Positions 8,397 through 17,081 of a stretch of 64,000 bases of DNA are shown here, piece after piece (position 1 is the first letter of the stretch; each line of letters begins with the position of its first letter). Origin of the DNA: Candidatus Woesebacteria bacterium (GTDB taxonomy: Bacteria > Patescibacteriota > Microgenomatia > UBA8517). The stretch is from positions 691,992-755,991 of the forward strand of contig CP066686.1 of assembly GCA_016432365.1 (NCBI GenBank). The letters run 5' to 3'. The translations under genes and the position numbers were made by a program. The notes below the pieces were generated by a model, which had not been told where the DNA came from, ran no database searches, and saw only the letters and a program-made list of their open reading frames with translations.

Positions 8397-9141
8397 GCAG
8401 GCAATAATCCTTGCTTAATTCATACCCAATACATTTTCTACCGAGGTCAACGGCTGCCAGAGCTGTTGTTCCGGATCCTAAGAATGGGTCTAAAATGGTC
8501 TCCGTTTTACAAGAATATAACTTGATTAACCTTTCCGGAATAATATAGGGAAAAGGAGCTGGATGTCCCTTTTGTCTAGAAACGGGTAGAGTCCAAACAC
8601 TCCATGCAACTTCCTTAATAAATTCCTCTGACAATTTATCGGTATCAATAGTTTTAAACTCGCCACTCTTTTGGAATAAATGGATAAATTCATGCTGAAT
8701 ATTGATGTTTGCGGAGCCGGGAAAAGGCTTACTCTTTAGGAATTGAGTAGTCCCTCTTTGCCACAAACCCTGAGTTCCTTTTGGTTTATGCCAAATAATT
8801 TCTTTCTTGAGTGTCATGCCTATTTCCTTAAAGATATTAATAACATCCATAGGTATATGTTTTAAATCACCATCGGATATTCTTGTTCCAATAACCATTG
8901 CGAAATATCTACCCGGCATGAGAACTCTATGGCTTTCTTCCAAAATAACACGCAATTTCTTAAGATAATCCTCATAACTCTGTCCAAGACCGATCTGACG
9001 ATTATGTTTATAGTTCTTTAGATCCCAATAAGGCGGACTTGTTACGATTAGCCCAATAGAATCGGACTTTATTTCAGCCATAGAACTACTGTCTTTGTTG
9101 TAAATTGTTAGATTATTATCGTTATAAAATTTTGTAGCCAT
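8359..9141 (-). CDS. DNA methyltransferase, beta-class (SPPY motif IV N-terminal; FxGSGTT C-terminal), likely N4-cytosine or N6-adenine
   Basis: GLIVTSPPYW at the N-terminus and ILDPFLGSGTTALAA at the C-terminus give the beta-class order. An SPPY motif is typical of m4C MTases. Confidence 0.8.
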   Translation of the reverse strand: MATKFYNDNNLTIYNKDSSSMAEIKSDSIGLIVTSPPYWDLKNYKHNRQIGLGQSYEDYLKKLRVILEESHRVLMPGRYFAMVIGTRISDGDLKHIPMDVINIFKEIGMTLKKEIIWHKPKGTQGLWQRGTTQFLKSKPFPGSANINIQHEFIHLFQKSGEFKTIDTDKLSEEFIKEVAWSVWTLPVSRQKGHPAPFPYIIPERLIKLYSCKTETILDPFLGSGTTALAAVDLGRKCIGYELSKDYCLLAKNNILTSNHE

Positions 9142-9525
9142 TATTTAAGATTTTCGCTTATAAACATAAGTTTACCAGTTAATAAGTTAACATAAATAGT
9201 CTCCAACTCATACCATCAGAAATATTCAAGAAAATTTAGAAAATATGTTTGGGGAGGGGAGAGAGACCCTAACCCTTACCCCCCTATTTTAAGGGGTATA
9301 CCCCCATATTTCGGATAGTCCCATAGAGAAAATATTTTATTAAAAGGTCTAATGGTTAGACTTTGGCCGGTGAAACGAACTTTAACGATGTTCAATTGGC
9401 CTGTAGATACTGAAATGTGTTCTTTAGAAGCTCTTTCTCGGTTCCTCCAACGGTTGTATAATAGGTTCTAAGATCGGACACTAACCGACCCCCGAGTCAA
9501 ACTCGGTTCCCCCGAGATTGATGAG

Positions 9526-9550
9526 GTGTCACGTATGACGTGACTTTTTG
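9526..9550 (+). terminator. Rho-independent terminator / attenuator hairpin 13 nt upstream of GIY-YIG start
   Basis: GTCACGT-ATG-ACGTGAC is a 7-bp perfect stem. It is followed by TTTTT. Confidence 0.5.
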
Positions 9551-9562
9551 TAATATATCAAT

Positions 9563-9844
9563 ATGCCCGAAACGTCGGACGTTTCAAATAACAGATTCTA
9601 TGTGTATATTCTTTTCTCAAAGAAGGATAAAGGTTTATATATTGGATATACTAAAGACCTCAAAAATCGCCTAAGTCTTCATTCAAAAGGACAAGTCTAC
9701 TCAACAAGGAACCGACTTCCTGTCAGGTTGATCCATTATGAGTATTTTATTAATGAGCAGGATGCAAAATCTAGAGAAAAATATTTAAAAAGCGGATACG
9801 GTAGAACGAACTTCAAAGAAATGTTAAAAAGAACCCTAGCATAG
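9563..9844 (+). CDS. GIY-YIG domain protein (mini, ~93 aa)
   Basis: FYVYILFS...GLYIGYTKDLKNRLSLH...REKYLK is a canonical GIY-YIG core. Confidence 0.8.
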   Translation: MPETSDVSNNRFYVYILFSKKDKGLYIGYTKDLKNRLSLHSKGQVYSTRNRLPVRLIHYEYFINEQDAKSREKYLKSGYGRTNFKEMLKRTLA

Positions 9845-9948
9845 AATCCATCCCGTCGACCACCCCAAGAACCTATAGTTGTTATATTAAATTAAATATG
9901 ATAAAATATCTCTGTGAGTAAAAATGATAACTACATTGTAAAAGTTCT

Positions 9949-10422
9949 TTGCGACAAGAGGCATCTTTCAGATGCTCTAATTGTCGTGTAATCCTCTCGG
10001 CAGACCCACTAGGTTCTAAACATAGAAATCATTGCCCACTTTGCCTGTGGTCTAAGCATGTTGACCTTTCTACTCCAGGAGACAGGAAGTCAGATTGTTG
10101 TGCAAGAATGCAACCAGTGGCAATAGCATTCAAGGATTACAGAATAAATCCGTTTACAAATAAAGGCAGCGGTGAACTGATGGTAATCCATCAGTGTTTG
10201 AATTGTGGCAAAATATCCCCAAACAGGATTGCTGGAGACGATAACGAATACCAGATTATGTCTATTCTGAATGAATCTATGAATTTGAGCAAGAACACGA
10301 TCATTCAAATCAAAAATATGGGGCTAGAGCCTATCACATCCTCAAATGAAGAAGAGGCTCTTATCTCGTTGTTTGGAATCAACTACAAAAATTGCATGAA
10401 AAACATTGTTGATTGGAAGTAA
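9949..10422 (+). CDS. Zinc-ribbon (Cys-rich) domain protein, function unknown
   Basis: CSNC...HCPLC...CLNCGK gives two CxxC pairs. Confidence 0.45.
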   Translation: MRQEASFRCSNCRVILSADPLGSKHRNHCPLCLWSKHVDLSTPGDRKSDCCARMQPVAIAFKDYRINPFTNKGSGELMVIHQCLNCGKISPNRIAGDDNEYQIMSILNESMNLSKNTIIQIKNMGLEPITSSNEEEALISLFGINYKNCMKNIVDWK

Positions 10423-10550
10423 GAAGTGGAGTCTTAAATACGTGACAATAGGGTGATTTAGGGTCACAGTTGGTTCGAACATGATTTGCCAGACCACCCC
10501 AAATAGCCAAAATTATTGACTTTACTATCAACTTAATAGAATATTAAATT

Positions 10551-11309
10551 ATGAGACAAAAAGGCCTTGTTTTACTTCCAATAGCAATAATTATAACTTT
10601 GGTTGGTGTCGTAGGTTATTTGGTTTACCAAAATACTCAATTACAAAATAATATCAGAGGGTCAACATCTCCAACCACGGTTTCAACAACGAGTTCACCG
10701 CAACCTACCTTAACCCCGAGTGCAATAGAAGCAAAATTATATTTATTTAAATTTAAATTAAAATCCAGCAACAACCTTCCTCCGATTCCTGACTTGCCCG
10801 ATGCAAAATTTAACAGCTTGTCAGATTACCTCAGTGGTGTTTTAGGCCTTCCAAGTAAGTCTATTTCCAATCTAACATATGACACAAGAAGCCCCTCTCC
10901 TTATGGGCAGGATGGAGCAGTTTGGAGTTTACCTTTTTATGCTATTTTAAACCAACCGGTGAGATTAAATGACACTTATACTGACCAATATTTAACTGTT
11001 TACCCCCAAGTTGTTGACGACGCAATTCTTCCTTACTTAATTAAGGCTGACTATTGTGAAAAAGATTCTGATTGTTCTGTGCGCGCAAATATGTGCACAC
11101 TTGGTGCCTTTAATTATTATCAAAAATATCAGGATCCGCCTTGGGGCTGCGGTCCTGCTGGGTATAAGCCTGAATACAGCTGGTATGAGTATGGTGTGGT
11201 AGATGAAAAACTAAATTGTGCTTATGAACTTAAGTTTGACGGCGCAAAATGCACAAACAACCAGTGTACAGAAACAGGGTTTAAAAAAGTTTGCATAGAC
11301 GCGATATAA
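10551..11309 (+). CDS. Secreted/membrane-anchored Cys-rich protein
   Basis: N-terminal TM/signal (LVLLPIAIIITLVGVVGYLVY), an S/T/P-rich linker, and a C-terminal Cys-rich region. Confidence 0.5.
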   Translation: MRQKGLVLLPIAIIITLVGVVGYLVYQNTQLQNNIRGSTSPTTVSTTSSPQPTLTPSAIEAKLYLFKFKLKSSNNLPPIPDLPDAKFNSLSDYLSGVLGLPSKSISNLTYDTRSPSPYGQDGAVWSLPFYAILNQPVRLNDTYTDQYLTVYPQVVDDAILPYLIKADYCEKDSDCSVRANMCTLGAFNYYQKYQDPPWGCGPAGYKPEYSWYEYGVVDEKLNCAYELKFDGAKCTNNQCTETGFKKVCIDAI

Positions 11310-11355
11310 CAAAGCCCCCCCAATTCATATTTTGAGCATTTGATATAATTTTCTA

Positions 11356-12039
11356 ATGCAAGTAAAAATACTTTCTTGGAATATTTGGATTGATAGTTAT
11401 TTCGACCAGATAAAAGATTTTCTAAAGAAATGTGATGCAGATATTATCGGTCTTCAAGAAGTTAGAGAGGATGATCCCACCAGAGAAACAATTAAATATC
11501 TGGACTCGCTAGGTTACAAGTATGTGTTTGCACCAACTGAGAAAAACTGGGGAAAAGAAGTTTGGAGCGATGGACCGGCAGTTTTCACTAAACATAATTT
11601 AGTTTCAAGTAGGAAATATATATTGCCAGACAATCGTGCTTTAGTTCAAGCAGATATTAAACTTGCCGACAAGGTAACACTTTTTTTTAGCACCCATCTG
11701 ACCCATACTCACCAAAAAGATTCTGATATTCAATTGCAACAAGTTCAAGAACTTTTAAAGCACATCCCTTCTGAAAGATCCGTCTTAATGGGAGACTTTA
11801 ATGCAACTCCAAGAAGCAGCACCATCCAAGAAGTTAAAGCTCAATTGGTAGATACCGATTCGAAAGACTTGCCAACATGGAGTGTTTATCCCGAAGGTTG
11901 CATTTCATGTAAACCACAAGAGTTAGATATTCGGTTAGATTATATATTTACAACGAAAGACATAAAAACACATTCTTATAAAGTTGAGGACTCAAAGGGT
12001 TCTGACCACCTTCCAATTTCAGTAATTGTTGAACTATAA
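11356..12039 (+). CDS. Endonuclease/exonuclease/phosphatase (EEP) family protein
   Basis: ILSWNIW, DIIGLQEV, GDFNA and SDHLPI are EEP signature motifs. Confidence 0.75.
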   Translation: MQVKILSWNIWIDSYFDQIKDFLKKCDADIIGLQEVREDDPTRETIKYLDSLGYKYVFAPTEKNWGKEVWSDGPAVFTKHNLVSSRKYILPDNRALVQADIKLADKVTLFFSTHLTHTHQKDSDIQLQQVQELLKHIPSERSVLMGDFNATPRSSTIQEVKAQLVDTDSKDLPTWSVYPEGCISCKPQELDIRLDYIFTTKDIKTHSYKVEDSKGSDHLPISVIVEL

Positions 12040-12085
12040 CAACGAGGTAAAACTGTGTTAACAAAATTCAATTTGTTTGAAAATC

Positions 12086-12916
12086 TTAAGCTATTTTGAT
12101 TGATCTTTTGGAGTAATCGGAAGTATCGATTAGATCCTTTTGTTTCTTTATCTGATCAATTATAAAGTTGGCACAGGGCCTTATTATATCTTTTATATCC
12201 TCCCAATTTTCCTCCTCTTTACCCAATAAAACTGACTTAGCTTTTTCTAAAACGGGTTTGTATTCAACTGGCAACTTATCAACTGCCCAGCTTGCTGCAT
12301 CGGATTTAGATCTGATTTCATCGGTCTCAATTGTGCTCCAAACTCTAGCCAGTGTCAGAAGAACATTTCTTGTATCCCAATCTATGTCACCAATCAGACC
12401 ATCAACTTCTTTCGTTGTTGCAGATACGAAATCTTTATAAGGGACAGGATCAAGCAGTTGGGTGGGGGGAAGGCCGAATAGAACTTTGTTTGAGAGTAAG
12501 AGCTGTGTTATGACTAAAGCAAGATTGGAAAGTTCCTTAGTTGGCCAGGGTTCAACTTTCCCAGCTTCAAAATCTTTTCGCATCCAATCACCATACATAA
12601 AATCAAATTTTGGTGGGTATTTCCATGGATTGATTTCGGACTTAACCACAATAGTTAACTCAATGGGTTTAAGGTCTTTGCTGACAGCATAGACACCCGA
12701 AATTTTAAGTAGTGCTTTTTCCAGCTGCTCCTTTTCCTGATGTGTCGTTGCCCTGTTAGAAATTGCAAACAAGTCAATGTCACTGAATTTTTGTAGTCCT
12801 CCTAATAGCGACGAACCATATAAATAAAAACCCAGAAGGTCGTTACCAAAAATACTTTTAAGTAATTCAATGCAGTCATTAATTTGTTGTTTAATTACTT
12901 TATCGTTTGCTTCCAT
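12086..12916 (-). CDS. Nucleotidyltransferase of aminoglycoside adenylyltransferase (ANT(3'')/AadA-like) family
   Basis: LLGFYLYGSSLLGGLQKFSDIDLFAIS is close to AadA LLAVHLYGSAVDGGLKPHSDIDLLVTV. Length ~276 aa with a C-terminal DUF4111-like region. Confidence 0.65.
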   Translation of the reverse strand: MEANDKVIKQQINDCIELLKSIFGNDLLGFYLYGSSLLGGLQKFSDIDLFAISNRATTHQEKEQLEKALLKISGVYAVSKDLKPIELTIVVKSEINPWKYPPKFDFMYGDWMRKDFEAGKVEPWPTKELSNLALVITQLLLSNKVLFGLPPTQLLDPVPYKDFVSATTKEVDGLIGDIDWDTRNVLLTLARVWSTIETDEIRSKSDAASWAVDKLPVEYKPVLEKAKSVLLGKEEENWEDIKDIIRPCANFIIDQIKKQKDLIDTSDYSKRSIKIA

Positions 12917-12984
12917 TTGACTAGTATATCAAAGCGTTTGTTAGATTTGACTAAATGGGCATTGTTCACCAATCGATCAAAGAG

Positions 12985-13608
12985 TTAAATTTTTACTTTT
13001 TGAACAAATTCCAGTAAAGGTTTACCGATCGCTTTTTGCCAAAATAAGTCTTGATCCTTTTGGGTCATTTCCGAAATATACTTTTCGCTATCTGGCTCAA
13101 TTTGAATAGATTCAAGCGGGTAACCTTCAACCATTGTTTTACTGGGTACACTAACAAATGTACGAGGTGATTTGATAACTGTCTCTTCATATTCTCCATC
13201 AGGGTTTGCAATACAAACGCCAAATTCCCAGTACCCAATTATTCTTTCTCCCAATTCTCTAATTAATTTTGAATAATATTTAAGCATTTGTTCGTCTGTT
13301 GGTCTTTCGTTACTCCCACTGATTCTTCTTACATTTAATCCTGGTTGTTTTTCGGCAGGTAGACCCTCCAGATATAAAGCATTATCCATTGAAAAAATTG
13401 TTCTCCCTAATGCTTTGGCGTAGGTAATAGATTTCTTCCTCGCATTTTCTGAAGCTGTTATTCCATCTTCTGCAACCTCCGGAAGTGTACGTTTGTCTTT
13501 AACACCTTCAACCACTATCCCTGCCGAAGCTAATGCACCGCGCACTTGATTAATTTTTGCTTCATTCGTTGTACCAAATAAAATTTTCTTCATTTGAAAA
13601 AAGGTCAT
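12985..13608 (-). CDS. Non-canonical purine NTP pyrophosphatase (Ham1/RdgB family)
   Basis: ILFGTTNEAKINQV...PEVAEDGITASENARKK matches the Ham1 N-terminal signature. Confidence 0.65.
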   Translation of the reverse strand: MTFFQMKKILFGTTNEAKINQVRGALASAGIVVEGVKDKRTLPEVAEDGITASENARKKSITYAKALGRTIFSMDNALYLEGLPAEKQPGLNVRRISGSNERPTDEQMLKYYSKLIRELGERIIGYWEFGVCIANPDGEYEETVIKSPRTFVSVPSKTMVEGYPLESIQIEPDSEKYISEMTQKDQDLFWQKAIGKPLLEFVQKVKI

Positions 13609-13610
13609 AA

Positions 13611-14255
13611 TTACTCAAAATACCTTCCCTTGGTTTTTAGTACAAAAATTAAAGCCACTACCGATAAAACTATTGTCAAAATTATATTTTTCCCGGAAAA
13701 AATGTTGTTAGCTAGGAGAAAAGACGGAACACCCACAACAATATGTGACAAAGTAGCACCTATTAAAAATTTGCCAAAGGGAATTTTTAAAAAACCGGCG
13801 CCATAATATACTGCTTCTAAAATCGTGCTCCCCAGGAGAACTCTAAACATAAAGACTGCTTCGATTTCTTTTCCTTTCTTAACTTTTGTATTTGTAATTT
13901 TCTCTATTGTTGTTGCGTCGAATAATTTCCCTAGTATCTTTTTCCCATACTTATTGCCTAGCCAATAAGCTACCATTCCGCCGGCAATACTTCCTGCCAT
14001 ATCCACCAAATAAGCTCCAAACCATCCCAGAAACGGAATTGATGCTAACGTAACAACTCCGGCGGGGATGGGAGGAAACAATACACCGATTGATTTATAT
14101 ACAAACAGTGCAACAACATACAATACAATATTAGTTTTTACCCAAGCATCAACTATTGGAAAGTAAGAAGATTTAAAAAACCAATTGGTAAAAAATAAAA
14201 AGGCTGCGAAGAAAAAAAGCAAGATAGCCCAATATCGAATAGATTCCTTTTTCAT
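13611..14255 (-). CDS. DedA/TVP38-family membrane protein
   Basis: Multi-TM protein. IPFLGWFGAYLVDMAGSIAGGMVAYWLGNKYGKKI is DedA-like. Confidence 0.5.
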   Translation of the reverse strand: MKKESIRYWAILLFFFAAFLFFTNWFFKSSYFPIVDAWVKTNIVLYVVALFVYKSIGVLFPPIPAGVVTLASIPFLGWFGAYLVDMAGSIAGGMVAYWLGNKYGKKILGKLFDATTIEKITNTKVKKGKEIEAVFMFRVLLGSTILEAVYYGAGFLKIPFGKFLIGATLSHIVVGVPSFLLANNIFSGKNIILTIVLSVVALIFVLKTKGRYFE

Positions 14256-14311
14256 TTATTGAATTTTAATTGACTAGGCATTAAGAAGCAAATAGAAATA
14301 GAGGCAGAAAT

Positions 14312-14953
14312 CTAGCTGTTTTTCTTAAGCATTTCTTTCAGAAACTCACTTGAGGAAGTTGTGACCCCATACATTTTTGGGAACGTAAAGTCTATTAATA
14401 GTTTTTGGAGATTTTGCCTTATTTTGAGGTCGGTCGTTTCAACCAGATCTTTAAGAATTACAAAGTTGTAACCTCTCGAAAAGCCATTTATCACAGTTGA
14501 AAGTACACAGCCATCCGTGAATATTCCGGTTATCACGATATATTTAATTTTATTTTCAATTAATTTATTGGCAAACTCACTATTTGTAAACGCGTCATAG
14601 GTATTTTTGGCTATGATAAAGTCTTTTTTTGCAATTTCAACAGAATTAAATTCTTCTTCAAATCCGCTGGAATTATCTGAGTAGTATGTTGCGTGGGGAT
14701 CTTTGTATAATTCTTGTAAATTTTCAGGTAAATAGTCCCTTGTCCAGGGTGATGTTGTAGTGATCATAACTAAGCCCCCTATTTTTTTGCGATATTCTTT
14801 TATAAACCTATTAAGTCTTGGAAGCATTTTACGTATCTTTGAAAAATGTATGTCCCATTCTGGTATTTCACACTTCTCATGGGCGCAGGAGTTTATAGGA
14901 TCAATGACAACTAAGGCGGTGTTGTTTTTGTTCAGACCTTTGTAAATACACAT
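14312..14953 (-). CDS. Isochorismatase-family cysteine hydrolase
   Basis: ALVVIDPIN..., ITGIFTDGCVLSTVINGFSRGYNFVILKD. Confidence 0.65.
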   Translation of the reverse strand: MCIYKGLNKNNTALVVIDPINSCAHEKCEIPEWDIHFSKIRKMLPRLNRFIKEYRKKIGGLVMITTTSPWTRDYLPENLQELYKDPHATYYSDNSSGFEEEFNSVEIAKKDFIIAKNTYDAFTNSEFANKLIENKIKYIVITGIFTDGCVLSTVINGFSRGYNFVILKDLVETTDLKIRQNLQKLLIDFTFPKMYGVTTSSSEFLKEMLKKNS

Positions 14954-14955
14954 AT

Positions 14956-15933
14956 TTAATAAAACTTTTCGTTTAAGCCTCTAAATTCTCGTATAGATTT
15001 TCCATAATCAGATTTAATCTTTTGCTCTAGAACATTGTATGCTTCATCAATTTCTGAAAGAGTTTCTTTACTTAATTCTATATCGTTGGCTTTGAGGTTA
15101 ATTTCCAAATATTTAGGTTTAGTAGTACCTACAATAATAAAGTCTATGAACGGTTGTTGCAGAGCCCAAGCAATGTTCAGTTGGCCAATTGTGATTCCAA
15201 GTTTTTTGGCAATAGGGGCTAGAGAGTTTCTAACCCATTCAAAAATAACTTTTTGGTTTTCTTGATTCCAATATGGAACTTTATTTCTTAAATCAGTTTC
15301 ACTTAGCTTAAAATTCTCAAAGGCAATCCCGGTTAAAAGTCCGATTTCTAATAAATGGTAAGGAATCAAAGATATTTTGTTATTCAAGAGGTATTCTTCT
15401 AGTTCTGACGAAATACTATGGTTAATCATACTAAAGCTATTTTCAACATACCTAATCTTTCCGGTCTTGTTGTATTCCATTAGTTCATTCAGATTGACGT
15501 TGGAAACCGCAAGTTCCTTGACCTTACCATCGTTTTGAAGTTTTTCCATAGCTCTTAGAGTTTCTTCAATTGGGACATCTTTGTCTGGTGAATGAACCAT
15601 CAAACAATCAACATAATCCAAACCAAGTCTGCTTAGTGAGTTATCTATTTGTTTTACAACATCTTCATACTTACCGCTTTTGAATAGTTGGCCATACTCG
15701 TCCACGTGTTTGACAGTCTTTGTAATCAGATAAAATTTCTCTCTTGGAACTGATTTGAAAACTTTACCAAGAATTTTCTCGATTTCCCCATTTCCATAAA
15801 GTGGAGCCGTATCTATATAACACCCACCTTCGTCAATAAATTTTCTTACTAACTTTTCGGCTTCGTTTGGAGTAATTGGATTAAAAACACTTGAGAGAGG
15901 AAAGGTACCTAGGCCAACTTTGTTGTGAGTCAT
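14956..15933 (-). CDS. Aldo/keto reductase
   Basis: GLGTFPL...IDTAPLYGNGEIEKILG is an AKR signature. Confidence 0.8.
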   Translation of the reverse strand: MTHNKVGLGTFPLSSVFNPITPNEAEKLVRKFIDEGGCYIDTAPLYGNGEIEKILGKVFKSVPREKFYLITKTVKHVDEYGQLFKSGKYEDVVKQIDNSLSRLGLDYVDCLMVHSPDKDVPIEETLRAMEKLQNDGKVKELAVSNVNLNELMEYNKTGKIRYVENSFSMINHSISSELEEYLLNNKISLIPYHLLEIGLLTGIAFENFKLSETDLRNKVPYWNQENQKVIFEWVRNSLAPIAKKLGITIGQLNIAWALQQPFIDFIIVGTTKPKYLEINLKANDIELSKETLSEIDEAYNVLEQKIKSDYGKSIREFRGLNEKFY

Positions 15934-16117
15934 GGCTCAATTTTAATTCACAGCCTATCAAGAAGCAATGAATACATATCCCGAGATGTAGATTTTTAAG
16001 ATTTCTCGGAGGTGGAAGAGTTTGTAGATATTTCCATACCGGGTTAGTTGGGGTATAATCTCAATTGATGAAAATACAAATTTCCGAGCTGAGAAAAACA
16101 GTTCTAACAATCTGAAT

Positions 16118-17050
16118 GTGAATATTTATTTAATTGCAGACAAAAAAAGAACAGACAAAGTAATAGACAAACTCTCGAAGGAAGGAAAAGTTACAGTAGT
16201 CCAACAGCTAGAGGACATAGTCTCCTTTAATGATCCTGATGAAAAGGTAATTGGTGTTGCTCCAGGTTTGGTTGATTGGAAACTACCCAGAGAGGAATTG
16301 GAGAAGATCAAAAATATTAAGGGGATTTGCACACTTTCGGCATGGGCACAGTGGATTGATTTGGAATATTGTAAGCAAAACAATATTTTGGTGGCTAATA
16401 CTCCCGGGGCAAATTCACAATCAGTTGCCGAATACGCAATTTGGATGATGTTTTCACTTGCAAGAAAACTGTCTCTTCAAATTGCCGAAAACTTTGAGAC
16501 TCACGATGACGAAATTCATTACCAATCTGAAATACTGGGAAAGACAATGGGTATAGTTGGGTTAGGAAATATTGGGGGTAGAATTGCCAAAATGGGCAAG
16601 GGGCTGGGGATGAATGTTATCTATTGGAGCCCTAAATCCAGAAATGATGACTATCGGTACACAGAGCTTACTGATCTTCTTAAGGAATCTGACTATGTTT
16701 TCAATTGTGTGGAAACTTACCAAAAAACCAAGAACCTTTTTGATAGAGACAAACTATTCTTAATGAAAAAAACGGCATGTTTTATTAGTGTCCTTGGCGG
16801 AATGGGATATGGTCAGGAAGATGACAATTACATAATTGAAGCTGTTAATAAAGGTAACTTGGGAGGTTTCGCTGTTGAAGGAGAGCACGAGAAGAGTTTT
16901 GTTATGACAGATATCAAAAGCGGGAGCAATATTTTCGTTTCTGGCAATTACGCATATTACACCTTAGAGGCCGAAACTCGATCTTTAGAAAAATGGGTAA
17001 AGGCAATAGCAGGAGTCATTACGCAAAATTATAAGTACTTAGTTCATTAG
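16118..17050 (+). CDS. D-isomer-specific 2-hydroxyacid dehydrogenase family protein
   Basis: GIVGLGNIGGRIAKM Rossmann motif. The domain order is typical of the family. Confidence 0.7.
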   Translation: MNIYLIADKKRTDKVIDKLSKEGKVTVVQQLEDIVSFNDPDEKVIGVAPGLVDWKLPREELEKIKNIKGICTLSAWAQWIDLEYCKQNNILVANTPGANSQSVAEYAIWMMFSLARKLSLQIAENFETHDDEIHYQSEILGKTMGIVGLGNIGGRIAKMGKGLGMNVIYWSPKSRNDDYRYTELTDLLKESDYVFNCVETYQKTKNLFDRDKLFLMKKTACFISVLGGMGYGQEDDNYIIEAVNKGNLGGFAVEGEHEKSFVMTDIKSGSNIFVSGNYAYYTLEAETRSLEKWVKAIAGVITQNYKYLVH

Positions 17051-17081
17051 AATTTCGTTCTAATCGAAAATACGGCCAAAA

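Noticed and set aside
9300-9420. Possible tRNA (D-loop-like TAATGGTTAGA) inside the 9142-9562 intergenic region
   Set aside because: I could not fold a complete cloverleaf: there is no T-arm and no acceptor pairing. It is treated as part of the unclassified structured region instead.
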